Shown: positions 45,456-55,687, counted from the stretch's first letter. The stretch: 64,000 bases of DNA from an uncultured virus (IMG/VR IMGVR_UViG_3300032138_000963) (IMGVR_UViG_3300032138_000963); one strand, 5' to 3'. The notes: generated from the sequence alone by a model not told the origin. Numbers and translations: made by a program.

Positions 45456-45677
45456 TTACAGGCTGGCCCAGAGAAGGAAGAAACCGATCGTCCCGAGCAG
45501 CACAGCAAGCCCGCCGTACTTCAAGCGCAGGAACCCGGTGGTCACGGATTCCGTGGCCATCAGGTCGTCGTACTGCTCTTTGGTGATGGCTCCGCCAGCG
45601 TACTGAGCCTTGATGTCATCGAGGCGATCGGCCTGGCCACCGTCGCTCACCGGGTTTTGGGGGTTGAAAATACCCAT
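45456..45677 (-). CDS. Small membrane protein
   Basis: Short helical segment plus C-terminal TM. Confidence 0.65.
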   Translation of the reverse strand: MGIFNPQNPVSDGGQADRLDDIKAQYAGGAITKEQYDDLMATESVTTGFLRLKYGGLAVLLGTIGFFLLWASL

Positions 45678-45737
45678 TTGCTTTCTGCTCCTTGCCCTTA
45701 TCTCGGGCGGTATATTCCCACCAGTATAGCGGGAAAC

Positions 45738-46076
45738 TTACTTCGGCTGCCTATCGAGCGCTCGCCTCAGCAAGCCTGCAGCCTCGGACAGTTCACTATG
45801 TCCGTTTCGTCCGCGAGTCAATAGCTCAGCGGAGATCTCCTCGATTTCCTCTATGGATTTGGATAATCGAGCTGCCATGTCATGACGCACGATATCGATC
45901 GGCTGTGTCGTTGTCAGGCAGTCGTGCGCGAGCTTTTTGTGCTGACCTGCTATCACGCGGAGGATGGCAGCTTGGGCAGAAAGCCCAGCCTCGTCCAGCT
46001 CGTTGGCGAGCTGCTCGAGGGTCTTTTTCGTTTGCCCAGCAAGCTCAGCAACGTGGTCGATGAACGGGTCGGTCAT
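45738..46076 (-). CDS. Helical hypothetical protein
   Basis: 112-aa ORF. Confidence 0.6.
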   Translation of the reverse strand: MTDPFIDHVAELAGQTKKTLEQLANELDEAGLSAQAAILRVIAGQHKKLAHDCLTTTQPIDIVRHDMAARLSKSIEEIEEISAELLTRGRNGHSELSEAAGLLRRALDRQPK

Positions 46077-46156
46077 GTGCGTATTCTAGCATGACGGTTC
46101 GATTCCGCTCACCCAAGGCCAGATTGCAGACAGGCATTCTACCTGATCCACTTGCG

Positions 46157-46600
46157 TCACGGCTTTTCCCAAGCGTAGATCTCGAAGGCTCCCTTTCGGA
46201 GCGCGAGAGACCTCATGCGCAGGCGCACATGATACTGCTCAGTGCCCTTCGTCGTCGGCCCTTCATCGAAGGGGTCGCGTCGGACGGCGACGTACAAACA
46301 GCCGCCGGGCCGAACGTACTCCTTGGCGTCAGCGAGTACGTGCCGCCTCTGGGCGGGTCGTAGGACGTTCAGGACGTAGATGCAGCAGACGACGTCGAAC
46401 TTGCCTCGAGGCACCTTGGGGTGGAAGTGGGGGTCCCACTCGTGGATGTCGCCGTCGAGGAACTTGGCGAGGTCGCCCTTGCCGGATCCGAAGTCGAGGA
46501 TCCGCCCTGCGAGTAGGCCGCGCTCGAGCAGCTCATCAGCCGGGGCGGATAGGGCTCGCCTCGAGCGGGCAGTCAGGGATGTGCGATTCATCTTGATCAT
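46157..46600 (-). CDS. Class I SAM-dependent methyltransferase
   Basis: ILDFGSGKG, WDPHF, FDVVCCIYVLNVL. Confidence 0.85.
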   Translation of the reverse strand: MIKMNRTSLTARSRRALSAPADELLERGLLAGRILDFGSGKGDLAKFLDGDIHEWDPHFHPKVPRGKFDVVCCIYVLNVLRPAQRRHVLADAKEYVRPGGCLYVAVRRDPFDEGPTTKGTEQYHVRLRMRSLALRKGAFEIYAWEKP

Positions 46601-46854
46601 GATTCGGTTAGAAGTAGCAGCGCTCCACTTTTATTGGTGGAGTGCTCGACTTTCCACTTTGCGGCTTTGAGCTTTTTGGTGACCGCCTTGATCACCTTTT
46701 CGGAATAGGTTCCGGACTTCCCGAGTCGCACGGTCACATCTACGGTGTCTGAGCGCTCAATGGCGCCCTCGCATTCTCCGAGAAGCTTCTCCACCTGACT
46801 TTCGAAGTCAGAGCTGAGCTGCTCGCGCTTTTCCTTCGGACTCATGATTGCCAT
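46597..46854 (-). CDS. Hypothetical protein
   Basis: ATGA overlap; SD. Confidence 0.6.
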   Translation of the reverse strand: MAIMSPKEKREQLSSDFESQVEKLLGECEGAIERSDTVDVTVRLGKSGTYSEKVIKAVTKKLKAAKWKVEHSTNKSGALLLLTES

Positions 46855-46867
46855 CTGGGTCTTCCTC

Positions 46868-47029
46868 TCATAGGTTTTGATGTTGCGCCCACTCGTCGAA
46901 GTTCGCGTCAGTCAGCAGGTCGAACTCTTCGACCTCGCGGTTGTATGCCTCCCGGCAGGGTCCACAGTATTCGTCGGGATCTGCGGCGGCGTCTTTCTTG
47001 CCGCACTTGGTACAGGGGTAGAGTCTCAT
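46868..47029 (-). CDS. Small Zn-finger protein
   Basis: CTKC...CGPC. Confidence 0.55.
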   Translation of the reverse strand: MRLYPCTKCGKKDAAADPDEYCGPCREAYNREVEEFDLLTDANFDEWAQHQNL

Positions 47030-47391
47030 GCCGAGATTCCTTCCATACGATCGCTGCTGGATTCGAGAATCCGATATGATGGTCCATGCGTCCATGGTCC
47101 TCCGGTTCCTTCCGGCAGCTCGGACTGATCGATCTCGAGGTCCCAATACGGGTCGAGGTATTCGTCGCAGGAATTTCGGAGATCCACCTCGAGGCAATTG
47201 CCAGAGCGATCGCTTAGCACCGCTCGGGTTTCTCCCGCCACATCCTGCGTGTTGTGGTAGACGTCGTCATGGACAACGTACCAGCCGATATCGATCTCTT
47301 GCCCTCGGTGCAGTTCGTAATCTAGCCGCGCAAGAAACCTTGCTTCTTCCCACGTCTCAACATCGCTGATGCCATCATTGATGTACTTCAT
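47026..47391 (-). CDS. Hypothetical protein
   Basis: Packed ORF. Confidence 0.6.
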   Translation of the reverse strand: MKYINDGISDVETWEEARFLARLDYELHRGQEIDIGWYVVHDDVYHNTQDVAGETRAVLSDRSGNCLEVDLRNSCDEYLDPYWDLEIDQSELPEGTGGPWTHGPSYRILESSSDRMEGISA

Positions 47392-47566
47392 TTTGCTCCT
47401 CTTTGATGCGCTTTTTCATGTGCGCCTCGACCTGGGATTTCGAACCGAAGAATCGGTCGTCACCCCACGGGTATCCAATCTCCCATGGTTCGTCCTGGGC
47501 ACCCTTCGTTGCCTCAGCGGTTCCGTCTTCGGTTTCGAGCTGCACGGCCTGCGGGTACTTGGTCAT
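47375..47566 (-). CDS. Small hypothetical protein
   Basis: Packed ORF. Confidence 0.55.
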   Translation of the reverse strand: MTKYPQAVQLETEDGTAEATKGAQDEPWEIGYPWGDDRFFGSKSQVEAHMKKRIKEEQNEVHQ

Positions 47567-47751
47567 TTTCTCCCTTTGAATACGAGCGTGGCGGTCACGG
47601 TGCAGACGTGATTCCCCTGCTCGTCCTGGCCGACATCGCCTGAGATTTGGATCTCTGCCTCGGGGTAGCGTGTGCAGTTCTGGACGAAGACTTCGTTGGT
47701 AAAGGGGTCGACTTGGATGATGATGCGCTCTTCAGATTTCAGCTTTTCCAT
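47563..47751 (-). CDS. Small hypothetical protein
   Basis: Packed ORF. Confidence 0.55.
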   Translation of the reverse strand: MEKLKSEERIIIQVDPFTNEVFVQNCTRYPEAEIQISGDVGQDEQGNHVCTVTATLVFKGRK

Positions 47752-48001
47752 CTTCTTCCTTTTCGAGCTTCAGCCCGTGGCGCCCAAGCTTCCATCCGAG
47801 GTCGGTCAGGAAGTGCTTGGGGTGCTCGCCGGGCTCGATGACCCCGCGCTCGAGCGCCTCGAGCCCAAGCTCCTGGGTACGCCAGCGCCCATCTTTGTAG
47901 TAGTGCCCGCCAGATTCGGCGCCGCGGACATGGGCGGTGAGCGCCGACTGGAGTTGATGTCTGAGGCTGTCCCAGATCTCCGGGATGGAAGATCCGCTCA
48001 C
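47732..48001 (-). CDS. Hypothetical protein
   Basis: Packed ORF. Confidence 0.5.
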   Translation of the reverse strand: MSGSSIPEIWDSLRHQLQSALTAHVRGAESGGHYYKDGRWRTQELGLEALERGVIEPGEHPKHFLTDLGWKLGRHGLKLEKEEDGKAEI

Positions 48002-48438
48002 CTGACGTCAGCCGCTTTGTCTTGGGCAGCCTGAGCGACGAACACCGTCAGCATCGTGTAGGTGATGACCAGGTTGTCCATCGCCTCGAAGGTGTCGTCG
48101 AATCCCTTGTGGGATGCTCCGACGATCTCTCCGTTTGCGCTCTTGATTTTCCAGCGCACATTTTGGTCGGCGTCTTCTTCGAAGTAGATCCCGGTCGCTT
48201 CAGCCCCGGCCTCCGCGTCGCCGCGAGCGACTGCGCCTACGAAGATGCTCATCATCGCGTGGTTGATGAAGAGATTCTGGACGGCGTTATGGTTGCTCGA
48301 GAATCCCTCGTGGCACGCGTGGGTGACCTTGCGCTTGGATTCATGAAGCGCGGCCGCAGGCGTCCCATCCTCGTCATCCTCGAGTACGTGCCAACGGTGC
48401 TCGCCCTTGCTGTCTTGGTAGAACTCGACGGTGCTCAT
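47998..48438 (-). CDS. YegP/DUF1508-like tandem-domain protein
   Basis: EFYQDSKGEHRWHV...EGFSS and FEEDADQNVRWKIKSANGEIVGASHKGF. Confidence 0.75.
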   Translation of the reverse strand: MSTVEFYQDSKGEHRWHVLEDDEDGTPAAALHESKRKVTHACHEGFSSNHNAVQNLFINHAMMSIFVGAVARGDAEAGAEATGIYFEEDADQNVRWKIKSANGEIVGASHKGFDDTFEAMDNLVITYTMLTVFVAQAAQDKAADVR

Positions 48439-48887
48439 TTCTTCTTCTCGTCCTTCTCGAACTCTTGGATGTTCCCGCTTTGCTTGGGACCAACCTCGGT
48501 CAGTGGTTTGAGTTGTCTGCTGTCCAGAAACTGTCGGCTGTTTTCCTCGATAACGAAGGGCACTCCCTTCGCTGCAAGCGTGGCGTTGAGGCCGTCGGTC
48601 GAAAGCGGGTCAGGATTCTCCGGCCCCCCACCTTCATCCTTCTGGCGCTCCGGCATCTTGCCTGTCGCTGCCAGGGAGAGGATGGCGCCCATGACCTGCT
48701 CGGGTTCGTCGCGCCACTCTTCGGCGTTCCAGTACCCGATCTCATAACCGTCAGCATCGACCACGAGGATGTAGGAGCCGGCACGGCGAGCTGGATTCGG
48801 AGACCTTGATTCGATCCTTACCCCGTTGTCGAGCACGAGCAAGACGCCTTCCCTGTCCGCCTTGGTCCTGGGCCGCAGCGGCGGCAT
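48435..48887 (-). CDS. Hypothetical protein
   Basis: Packed ORF. Confidence 0.6.
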   Translation of the reverse strand: MPPLRPRTKADREGVLLVLDNGVRIESRSPNPARRAGSYILVVDADGYEIGYWNAEEWRDEPEQVMGAILSLAATGKMPERQKDEGGGPENPDPLSTDGLNATLAAKGVPFVIEENSRQFLDSRQLKPLTEVGPKQSGNIQEFEKDEKKK

Positions 48888-49030
48888 GACCGGGTGTCCT
48901 TTGTCAGCCACAGCTTCCACCGATGACGAATACCAGGAGACCTGCGCCGAACAGAGCTGGAATATAGTATGGGCCGAGCTGATCAGCCAAGCGCATCGGG
49001 TTGATGAGTTCAATCAGCTTCATAGTGCTC

Positions 49031-49747
49031 CTACGTCAGGAACCCGGAACGGTAGAGCCGTGACCGGGGCAGCGTGCGTGGGCTTTCGGTGTCGAGCTTG
49101 TACCCGTACCACTTTCCGACGAACTCGTCGAACTCCTCCCGTGTGACGCCGCAATATCCAGCTTGTTCGTCGCGGTACTTGTCGTTGATCCACTCGAGCG
49201 ACGGGTCGACGAGCATGTTGTTGATCCGGCACAGGGCCCGGTCGACCGTATCCTTTTCGGCGCGAGTCGTGTCTACCGCGGTAGAGTTGATCCAGTTGTT
49301 GTGGCACGCCTTGAGCATCTTCAGGTCAGCCTTCTCGATCTCGGATCGAGGGATGACGTAGTAGCTGATATTCTCCGGCAGCTCCTCCCAAATCAGGGTG
49401 ATGTATTTGAGCTTCTTCTTTTTCTTCTTCTTTTCGTCTGTCATCTTCTGCTCCGGAAAGGTTCGAATTCGACTGAGGAAGCTGGCCATGGAATGCAGCT
49501 CGTGCTCAGGCTTGGTCAGAATAGCGGCTCGTTCCTCTGGTGTCATGTTCCAGAGCTGAGCCTCTTCGCTGTTGTATCTGTCGCGGAGCCTCTCCGCCTC
49601 CTGGCAGTCGTCGTAGGGCCCGAGTCCGAGGTCGTGGTCGTTGCCGAGGGTCACCGGGCAGTCGCGGATGACATCCCACACCAAGCTTCCATCCTCTTCT
49701 TGGCACTCAATCACGTAGAATATCTGATCACCTGCCTCGAAAGACAT
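49031..49747 (-). CDS. Hypothetical protein
   Basis: GGAGG SD; internal poly-Lys. Confidence 0.65.
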   Translation of the reverse strand: MSFEAGDQIFYVIECQEEDGSLVWDVIRDCPVTLGNDHDLGLGPYDDCQEAERLRDRYNSEEAQLWNMTPEERAAILTKPEHELHSMASFLSRIRTFPEQKMTDEKKKKKKKLKYITLIWEELPENISYYVIPRSEIEKADLKMLKACHNNWINSTAVDTTRAEKDTVDRALCRINNMLVDPSLEWINDKYRDEQAGYCGVTREEFDEFVGKWYGYKLDTESPRTLPRSRLYRSGFLT

Positions 49748-49749
49748 TA

Positions 49750-49953
49750 TCACTTCCTCCTTCTGCGTTTCAGCCGCCGCACCTTGGCACCCCATCCCCC
49801 GACGAACGCCTCGAACAGATAGGCCTTGAATGCGGGGGTCAGCGCTTCATATCGCAGGTCGGCAATCCATTCTTCGAATTCAAGCTGCAGATCTTTGCGG
49901 CTCCCGGACTTCATTCTGGCTTCGTATCGCTCCCTGGTGCCAGGCTTAGACAC
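49750..49953 (-). CDS. Small basic protein, paralog of 49946..50206
   Basis: EFEEWI...LFEAFVGGWGAKVRRLKR. Confidence 0.7.
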   Translation of the reverse strand: MSKPGTRERYEARMKSGSRKDLQLEFEEWIADLRYEALTPAFKAYLFEAFVGGWGAKVRRLKRRRRK

Positions 49954-50206
49954 CGGCGTCCTTTTTCTTTCGCTTGAGCTGACGAACCTTGGCTCCCCAT
50001 CCTCCGACGAACGCCTCGAACAGGAGCTGTCGCAGCATAGGGGAAGCCTGGAAGGATTGGTACCCCATGTCCTCGATCCACTCGTCGAACTCAGGAGGAA
50101 GCTCTGGGCGAAGGCCTAGCTTGAGGCGTTTAGAGATCTGCCGGGGCATCCGCTCGAGCGCGGCCTCGGTGATAGGAATGACCTTGCCGGTTTCCGTCGT
50201 AGGCAT
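49946..50206 (-). CDS. Small basic protein, paralog of 49750..49953
   Basis: EFDEWI...LFEAFVGGWGAKVRQLKR. Confidence 0.7.
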   Translation of the reverse strand: MPTTETGKVIPITEAALERMPRQISKRLKLGLRPELPPEFDEWIEDMGYQSFQASPMLRQLLFEAFVGGWGAKVRQLKRKKKDAGV

Positions 50207-50208
50207 AT

Positions 50209-50724
50209 TCAGGACCAGTAGCTGATGAATCCCCATCGGGTCCGGACGTTCTCCGACCCGAAGGCATCGATGAGGGCCTCGAGTTCCTTCTTGTATTCCT
50301 TGCGCATCCACTGCGTCTCGTTGCCGTGCATGACTTCGGTCATGTCCTGAGCGGTATTGTCGAGCCAAAATGTCCCGCGCTCGAACACTTCGTTCGCAAT
50401 GTTCGGCGTGAGGCAGTCGAGAAATGACTCGCCGTCAGACGGTTCGTACTCTTCCTCGAGCGGACTGTTCCCGAGATAGTTCAGGCACTGAACGAGAGCT
50501 TGGCTGTCGAGGGCTTCGATGAAGTCCGGACGCGCTCGGTGCTCGGAGATGCGACCCTTCAGTTCGATACCGCACAATGAGCAGAATGTGTCTTGGTCGC
50601 ATCGGGTTTCACTTCCCGGGCTGGGACACTTTTCAGGGTTCTTGCATCGATCGATCTTCTCGATCTTCTTGGGCGACCGCACCTCGATGTACGGACCCAG
50701 GTAGAGAGTTCTCTCTACTCCCAT
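50209..50724 (-). CDS. Hypothetical protein with Zn-finger-like Cys motif
   Basis: CKNPEKC...FCSLCG. Confidence 0.65.
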   Translation of the reverse strand: MGVERTLYLGPYIEVRSPKKIEKIDRCKNPEKCPSPGSETRCDQDTFCSLCGIELKGRISEHRARPDFIEALDSQALVQCLNYLGNSPLEEEYEPSDGESFLDCLTPNIANEVFERGTFWLDNTAQDMTEVMHGNETQWMRKEYKKELEALIDAFGSENVRTRWGFISYWS

Positions 50725-51407
50725 TACGACACACGCAGGCTGACGAGATTGTCGTCGGTCAGGTTTCGGGTGCCATGGTACACGAGGCCAATCCGTCGTT
50801 GGCCCAATACTGCTGGCATGTCGCTGACGTTTCCATCGCAGTACTTTGCCCGCTTACGCTCGGCCTCTGTGGCGAAGATTCGCGCGTGCGGGCGATCTTG
50901 ATCAATGTCGTGGTCGCGCCTCCCCCCGATACTCTGAACGAGTCGGAAGTTCTTGGGGTGCGCATCCCAATCGATGAACGGAATCGACTTGGTGTAGGCG
51001 TAGAAAATAAGATCAGGACAAGCATCCGAGACCTCGAGCCACGCGTTGTAGTAGGCGCGACTGAAGAAGTCGCCACTGTCATGGATTCGGACGTGGCTCG
51101 TGGAGCGCATCCGACCGATGTCCTCGATGAGCTTGTCGCGCATCTTCGGCATGGTGAGCCGGTTGATGTGCGATAGGTTTCGCTCGCGGGCACTCGTCGC
51201 CGCCGGCATTCCCATGCGCCCCTGATCCGCGTAGCAGATCTCCGCGCACATCCCCGCGTAGGGGCAGGTGCGCTGGCCCGTCTCGGATTTGAGACGCGGA
51301 ATGTTGAAGCTGACGAATCTCGCCTGTCGACCAAAGCGCTTCTTCCACGCCTTGGCAGTCTTCTTCATCTTCGCGTTTCCATCTGACCAGAAAAAATTAC
51401 GCATCAC
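50724..51407 (-). CDS. Phage gene product 88 (GP88)-like protein
   Basis: GNAKMKK, TCPYAGMCAEICYA, VRIHDSGDFFS, FYAYTK. Confidence 0.8.
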   Translation of the reverse strand: MMRNFFWSDGNAKMKKTAKAWKKRFGRQARFVSFNIPRLKSETGQRTCPYAGMCAEICYADQGRMGMPAATSARERNLSHINRLTMPKMRDKLIEDIGRMRSTSHVRIHDSGDFFSRAYYNAWLEVSDACPDLIFYAYTKSIPFIDWDAHPKNFRLVQSIGGRRDHDIDQDRPHARIFATEAERKRAKYCDGNVSDMPAVLGQRRIGLVYHGTRNLTDDNLVSLRVS

Positions 51408-51721
51408 TCACTCTCGACTTCCTTGCAGCTGAGTCCACCGTTGAGTCTGCGGTATGTGAAGGATACCTCCAGGCGCTCTCCGGCTTCGGTTGTTTTGGGG
51501 GATAGGAAGGTGTGCAGGCCTCCCCGGGAATTGTAGCGGCGCCCTCGTCCAAGATAGGAGCGACTGGTCCATGACTCCCCCTTCAGGAATCCTAGATCTT
51601 CTACCGCCGTGCGAGCTTCGTGCAAATCGCCAAGCGAAATGACGCCGAGATCTGGCGGATCCGGCAGCTCGTTTGCGTGAATCGACTTGAGCCACGCTTC
51701 GACTTTTTCATCCATCTTCAC
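51404..51721 (-). CDS. Hypothetical protein
   Basis: Packed ORF. Confidence 0.55.
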   Translation of the reverse strand: MKMDEKVEAWLKSIHANELPDPPDLGVISLGDLHEARTAVEDLGFLKGESWTSRSYLGRGRRYNSRGGLHTFLSPKTTEAGERLEVSFTYRRLNGGLSCKEVESE

Positions 51722-51725
51722 CTAC

Positions 51726-51765
51726 AAAAAGGAAAGGGCCGCATGAAGTGTCCCATGCGGCCCTT
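51726..51765 (-). terminator. Intrinsic terminator
   Basis: aagggccgcatg/catgcggccctt stem followed on the - strand by tccttttt. Confidence 0.75.
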
Positions 51766-51786
51766 GTCCGAGTTGGATCAGGTGAC

Positions 51787-52266
<480 letters not shown>

Positions 52267-52363
52267 TTTGTTCCTTCTTCCTTGTGGTGCTCAAAAGGGG
52301 CTGTATCTATCGCTCCAAAAGCGACAGATGTCAAGCTCCGGTCGAGATTTGTGACTCAGCTCA

Positions 52364-52669
52364 CTATCTGTCCGCGTGGGCGCCGGCGCACCCGAAGGAG
52401 TCGCAGGTGCAGCGGTCTGGACGCTCATCCCAGTCGGCCCCATCGGCCTCCTGGTCGCCCGCCAGGGGTACAAGGCCCTCGAGCTTCCCGAACTCTTCCA
52501 CGAACTCGAGGGCGCTCCTGTGGGCCCCCTCGGAGATCTCGGCCTCGTGTTTGAGGCAGAACTCCCGCATGCGGTCTTCGTCCACGTTGAAGTGGTCGGC
52601 CAACTCGCGGACGTCGACAGCCTTTCGGGCAACGTAGCGCGGTGGACCTTTGTCGTTTGCTGGATTCAC
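52364..52669 (-). CDS. Hypothetical protein
   Basis: GTGA overlap with the Nudix stop. Confidence 0.55.
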   Translation of the reverse strand: MNPANDKGPPRYVARKAVDVRELADHFNVDEDRMREFCLKHEAEISEGAHRSALEFVEEFGKLEGLVPLAGDQEADGADWDERPDRCTCDSFGCAGAHADR

Positions 52670-53058
52670 AGTATTCCAAATGCTCGGAAGAGTTCGAGCT
52701 GAACTTCTCGAAAGGTGCAGTCCGAGGTGACGAGTTCCTCCGGACGCTTCCAATCCACGTACCCCTCGAAGGGGACGCTTTTCATTTCCGCTGGAACGAT
52801 AATCGAACCGTACACAGCGTAGAAACCGGTCACGAAGAACCGGGACCGGTTTTCGGCGATGGGGATCAGCTTTGCGTGATGACTGAGCTGGCAGCCCGTT
52901 TCCTCGCGGAGTTCACGGGCGGCTGCATCCGGCAGCGTCTCACCACGCTCTACCTCGCCTCCGGGGAGTCCCCAGTCGAGGGTGTTGGATCCACGGGAGA
53001 CGGAGAGGACTGCTCCGTCGGGTCGCTGGATGAGATTGCAGGCTGCTCGACGTTGCAC
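52666..53058 (-). CDS. Nudix hydrolase
   Basis: WGLPGGEVERGETLPDAAARELREETG Nudix box; start uncertain. Confidence 0.9.
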   Translation of the reverse strand: MQRRAACNLIQRPDGAVLSVSRGSNTLDWGLPGGEVERGETLPDAAARELREETGCQLSHHAKLIPIAENRSRFFVTGFYAVYGSIIVPAEMKSVPFEGYVDWKRPEELVTSDCTFREVQLELFRAFGIL

Positions 53059-53405
53059 GGCTTGACCCTTGGTCGCCTCGATTCTACCTCGAGACTGCCG
53101 AAGCGTCGACCGGTCCTGCGAAGGATTCGCTGAAGCGATTTGTTGACCGGGTGGCCGGGGATCACCTCGACGGCGATGTGATAATCCGGCCATAGGCAGG
53201 CGACGAGCTTTCGCTGACCCGGCCCCTTATTGCCGATGAGAATGTGAATCGATTCATCTCCTACGAGCCGTGCGATTTCGATCGCGTGTCCATGCAGGCG
53301 CAGCGGCACCATGGGCGTGCTCGAATCCTCAGGCGTAACGACGGCAATCCCGAGGATGCCATCTACCGGATCGAGCCTGTCGAAGATTTCCTTTACTTTG
53401 CTCAT
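52950..53405 (-). CDS. Hypothetical protein, possibly Roadblock/LC7-like
   Basis: FDRLDPVDGILGIAVVTPE; 3' end overlaps the Nudix gene. Confidence 0.4.
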   Translation of the reverse strand: MSKVKEIFDRLDPVDGILGIAVVTPEDSSTPMVPLRLHGHAIEIARLVGDESIHILIGNKGPGQRKLVACLWPDYHIAVEVIPGHPVNKSLQRILRRTGRRFGSLEVESRRPRVKPCNVEQPAISSSDPTEQSSPSPVDPTPSTGDSPEAR

Positions 53406-53890
53406 GCCGCCTTATACCTCACTCCGTTTGACCGCCCCTTGTATTCAACATGGCCAGACTCAATGAGCCGATTGAGAGAGGCTCGAGCTTGATGGGGATC
53501 TCCCCCGCAAGCCTCCCTGATTTCCTGCGCAGACTTCCATCCGCGATTCTTCCTGAAGAAGAACTTGACGGTCCCATCGTACTCGTTCCGATCTGCCTGC
53601 CGGCGTAGGTTGAGTTTCCCCTTTGCACCCGATCGCTTCTTCTTGCCGGCGGCCGGGAGAGCCCTTTGCCTCGTGAGGCGCTTCACCCAACCCTTCGCGG
53701 TCTTGGGAGTCTTGCCCAAGAATAGCTGCCCGAGAGTCAGCTCTCCAACGCCGCACCCATCTGCGAAGGCTGCCACATCTGGAAGCGTAGCGTTGGGGTG
53801 GTTGTTGAGGATCTTGATGAACGCCATCGCCTTAGCCTCTTCGATGACTGTCTCGAACTGGTTCTTCATGGATTCGAGTTGATCCGACAT
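53402..53890 (-). CDS. Putative DNA-binding winged-helix protein, paralog of 38298..39086
   Basis: SAQEIREACGG.....SLNRLIESGHV...GRSNGVRY. Confidence 0.7.
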   Translation of the reverse strand: MSDQLESMKNQFETVIEEAKAMAFIKILNNHPNATLPDVAAFADGCGVGELTLGQLFLGKTPKTAKGWVKRLTRQRALPAAGKKKRSGAKGKLNLRRQADRNEYDGTVKFFFRKNRGWKSAQEIREACGGDPHQARASLNRLIESGHVEYKGRSNGVRYKAA

Positions 53891-54102
53891 CAGTTTGCCT
53901 TTCCAAGAGTCTCGACGTGGTCGAGAATCTTTCTGACCGCTGCGAAGCCCAGGGGCTTTTTGAGCAGCAGGCATGGGTTTTCGGAGTCCGGATCGAGCAC
54001 AACGGCACAATTACCAAAGGCTTTCCCACATTCCGCAACGCCAGAGACGTGCATGTTGCCGGTCTCTGGATCTATTTTGTACTGAAGGTTCATCGCCTCC
54101 AT
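53890..54102 (-). CDS. Small hypothetical protein
   Basis: Packed ORF. Confidence 0.55.
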   Translation of the reverse strand: MEAMNLQYKIDPETGNMHVSGVAECGKAFGNCAVVLDPDSENPCLLLKKPLGFAAVRKILDHVETLGKAN

Positions 54103-54500
54103 CTCCCTCCGTGATGGATATTGTCCGACTGGCTCATAGGCTTGAGGTTCGTCGGCCGATTGTTGTCCCGCTTGCAGTCTTCATGGTTGATGACTGCGTT
54201 CAGCGGGATCTCGCCCACCCAAAAACGGTAGACGAGTCGATGTGCGGACGCGCGGATGCGGACGCCGTTGATCATGAGGCGTACGCGCAGATACCCATTG
54301 GCCGCGGCGTACTCCGCTCGCCTAGGCTCACACGGGGCAACTATACCCATGCGCATGTAGGCGATGCGCCAGATTTCTCCGTCGCTGTTGATGCGGAAGA
54401 GGATTCCGACGTATTTGAGGATGACCTCTTCGGCGCGTTCGTCGTTGTGGGGGACCGGATCTACTTTGGCGACCGGGCGCCCGGGTTCTTCAGAATGCAT
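54090..54500 (-). CDS. HNH endonuclease (HNH_3-like)
   Basis: GYLRV...AHRLVY...GEIP...INHEDCKRDNNRPTNL. Confidence 0.85.
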   Translation of the reverse strand: MHSEEPGRPVAKVDPVPHNDERAEEVILKYVGILFRINSDGEIWRIAYMRMGIVAPCEPRRAEYAAANGYLRVRLMINGVRIRASAHRLVYRFWVGEIPLNAVINHEDCKRDNNRPTNLKPMSQSDNIHHGGRWRR

Positions 54501-54594
54501 TCCTGCTCGAGGTATACATGAGATGCTGCCAGCACCCAAAACGAAAAGCGCCGCGAGACACGGCCCCGCGACGCTTCGTTGAGGTTCGGCGCTG

Positions 54595-55389
54595 TTACGC
54601 GCTCTTGGATCGCAGCGCCTCGGCCCGAGCCTGCTTCGCTGCTTTCTCCGCCTGCTTCGCAGCCTTCTTCTTGCTCGCGGAGATCTGTGCAAACTCGTAC
54701 GCGAGGTCGAACCCCTGAAGCTCGGACAGATCCGACTCGAAGTCTTTGAGCTGCACGGTCGGATTCAGCACTCGCAAGACCGAAAGCATCTTCTCGTCGA
54801 GACGTTCGTCGGGCCCGAGGGCCTGCTTCACGATGTCGTCGAACTGGCCGAAGAATCCGGATCCAACGTGGACGTACTCGCTGACCACGCCGTCGTAGTC
54901 GTCTCCAAGGATATCCTTGAGCGACGCGATGATCTCCTTGGTCGCCTCTTTCGAGGCAGCCCCCATTCGGATCGTGTAGGAGTTTTTCTCCTTGTGCGCC
55001 TCGAGGTCGATCCCTTGCGCGCCAAGCTCGAGCGCCTTGTCGACGGTGACCTTGGCGGTGTTTTGCTGGATGACCTGGCAAGATCCCATCTTACCGATGG
55101 AGCGGCGAAGGTCAGGAGCACGCCCAGTTTGCGAGTAGTGCTGACAGTACTGGCGAAGCATCGCCGATTTGAGAATCGTCTCCGCTTCCTTGATCGTGCT
55201 CTCGATTGCCTTGAGTGCCACCTTGGCTCCCGCCAACGCGTCGGCGTGCGCGGCGATATCCGCACCCGACAGCTCTGTGTCCTGAACCCTCATCTTGCTG
55301 AGGTTGGCGAGATGGACCTCGAGGGAGTCCTTTTTCTTCTTCGCCTTTTCTTTTTCTTTGTTATTTGTCACCGGTTTCGAATTCGACAT
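54595..55389 (-). CDS. Hypothetical protein
   Basis: 264-aa ORF with SD. Confidence 0.7.
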   Translation of the reverse strand: MSNSKPVTNNKEKEKAKKKKDSLEVHLANLSKMRVQDTELSGADIAAHADALAGAKVALKAIESTIKEAETILKSAMLRQYCQHYSQTGRAPDLRRSIGKMGSCQVIQQNTAKVTVDKALELGAQGIDLEAHKEKNSYTIRMGAASKEATKEIIASLKDILGDDYDGVVSEYVHVGSGFFGQFDDIVKQALGPDERLDEKMLSVLRVLNPTVQLKDFESDLSELQGFDLAYEFAQISASKKKAAKQAEKAAKQARAEALRSKSA

Positions 55390-55687
55390 CTACTTTCCTT
55401 TCGAGTGCCTCGACCCATTCATCGTCGTCGAGGATATTGATTTCGTTCATCTCGTGGATGAACTCCAGCTCTTCATCACTGAAGAGTCCGGCGTCTCGCA
55501 ACTCGTAGGTCGTCATAGACTCGACCTTCTCCGTTGCGTAATACGACGACACCGGAATGAACCGACCGATCATCTCGGTCTTCATTCCCAGCCTGAAGAC
55601 TGGGATGTGCCTCTCGTTGTAGAGGTACTTCGCGCCCGCTCGAGCGTGATCGAGCGCGACTTTCAAAAGCTCTGTTCTGGGTAGCAT
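55361..55687 (-). CDS. Hypothetical protein
   Basis: 108-aa ORF. Confidence 0.55.
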   Translation of the reverse strand: MLPRTELLKVALDHARAGAKYLYNERHIPVFRLGMKTEMIGRFIPVSSYYATEKVESMTTYELRDAGLFSDEELEFIHEMNEINILDDDEWVEALERKVDVEFETGDK

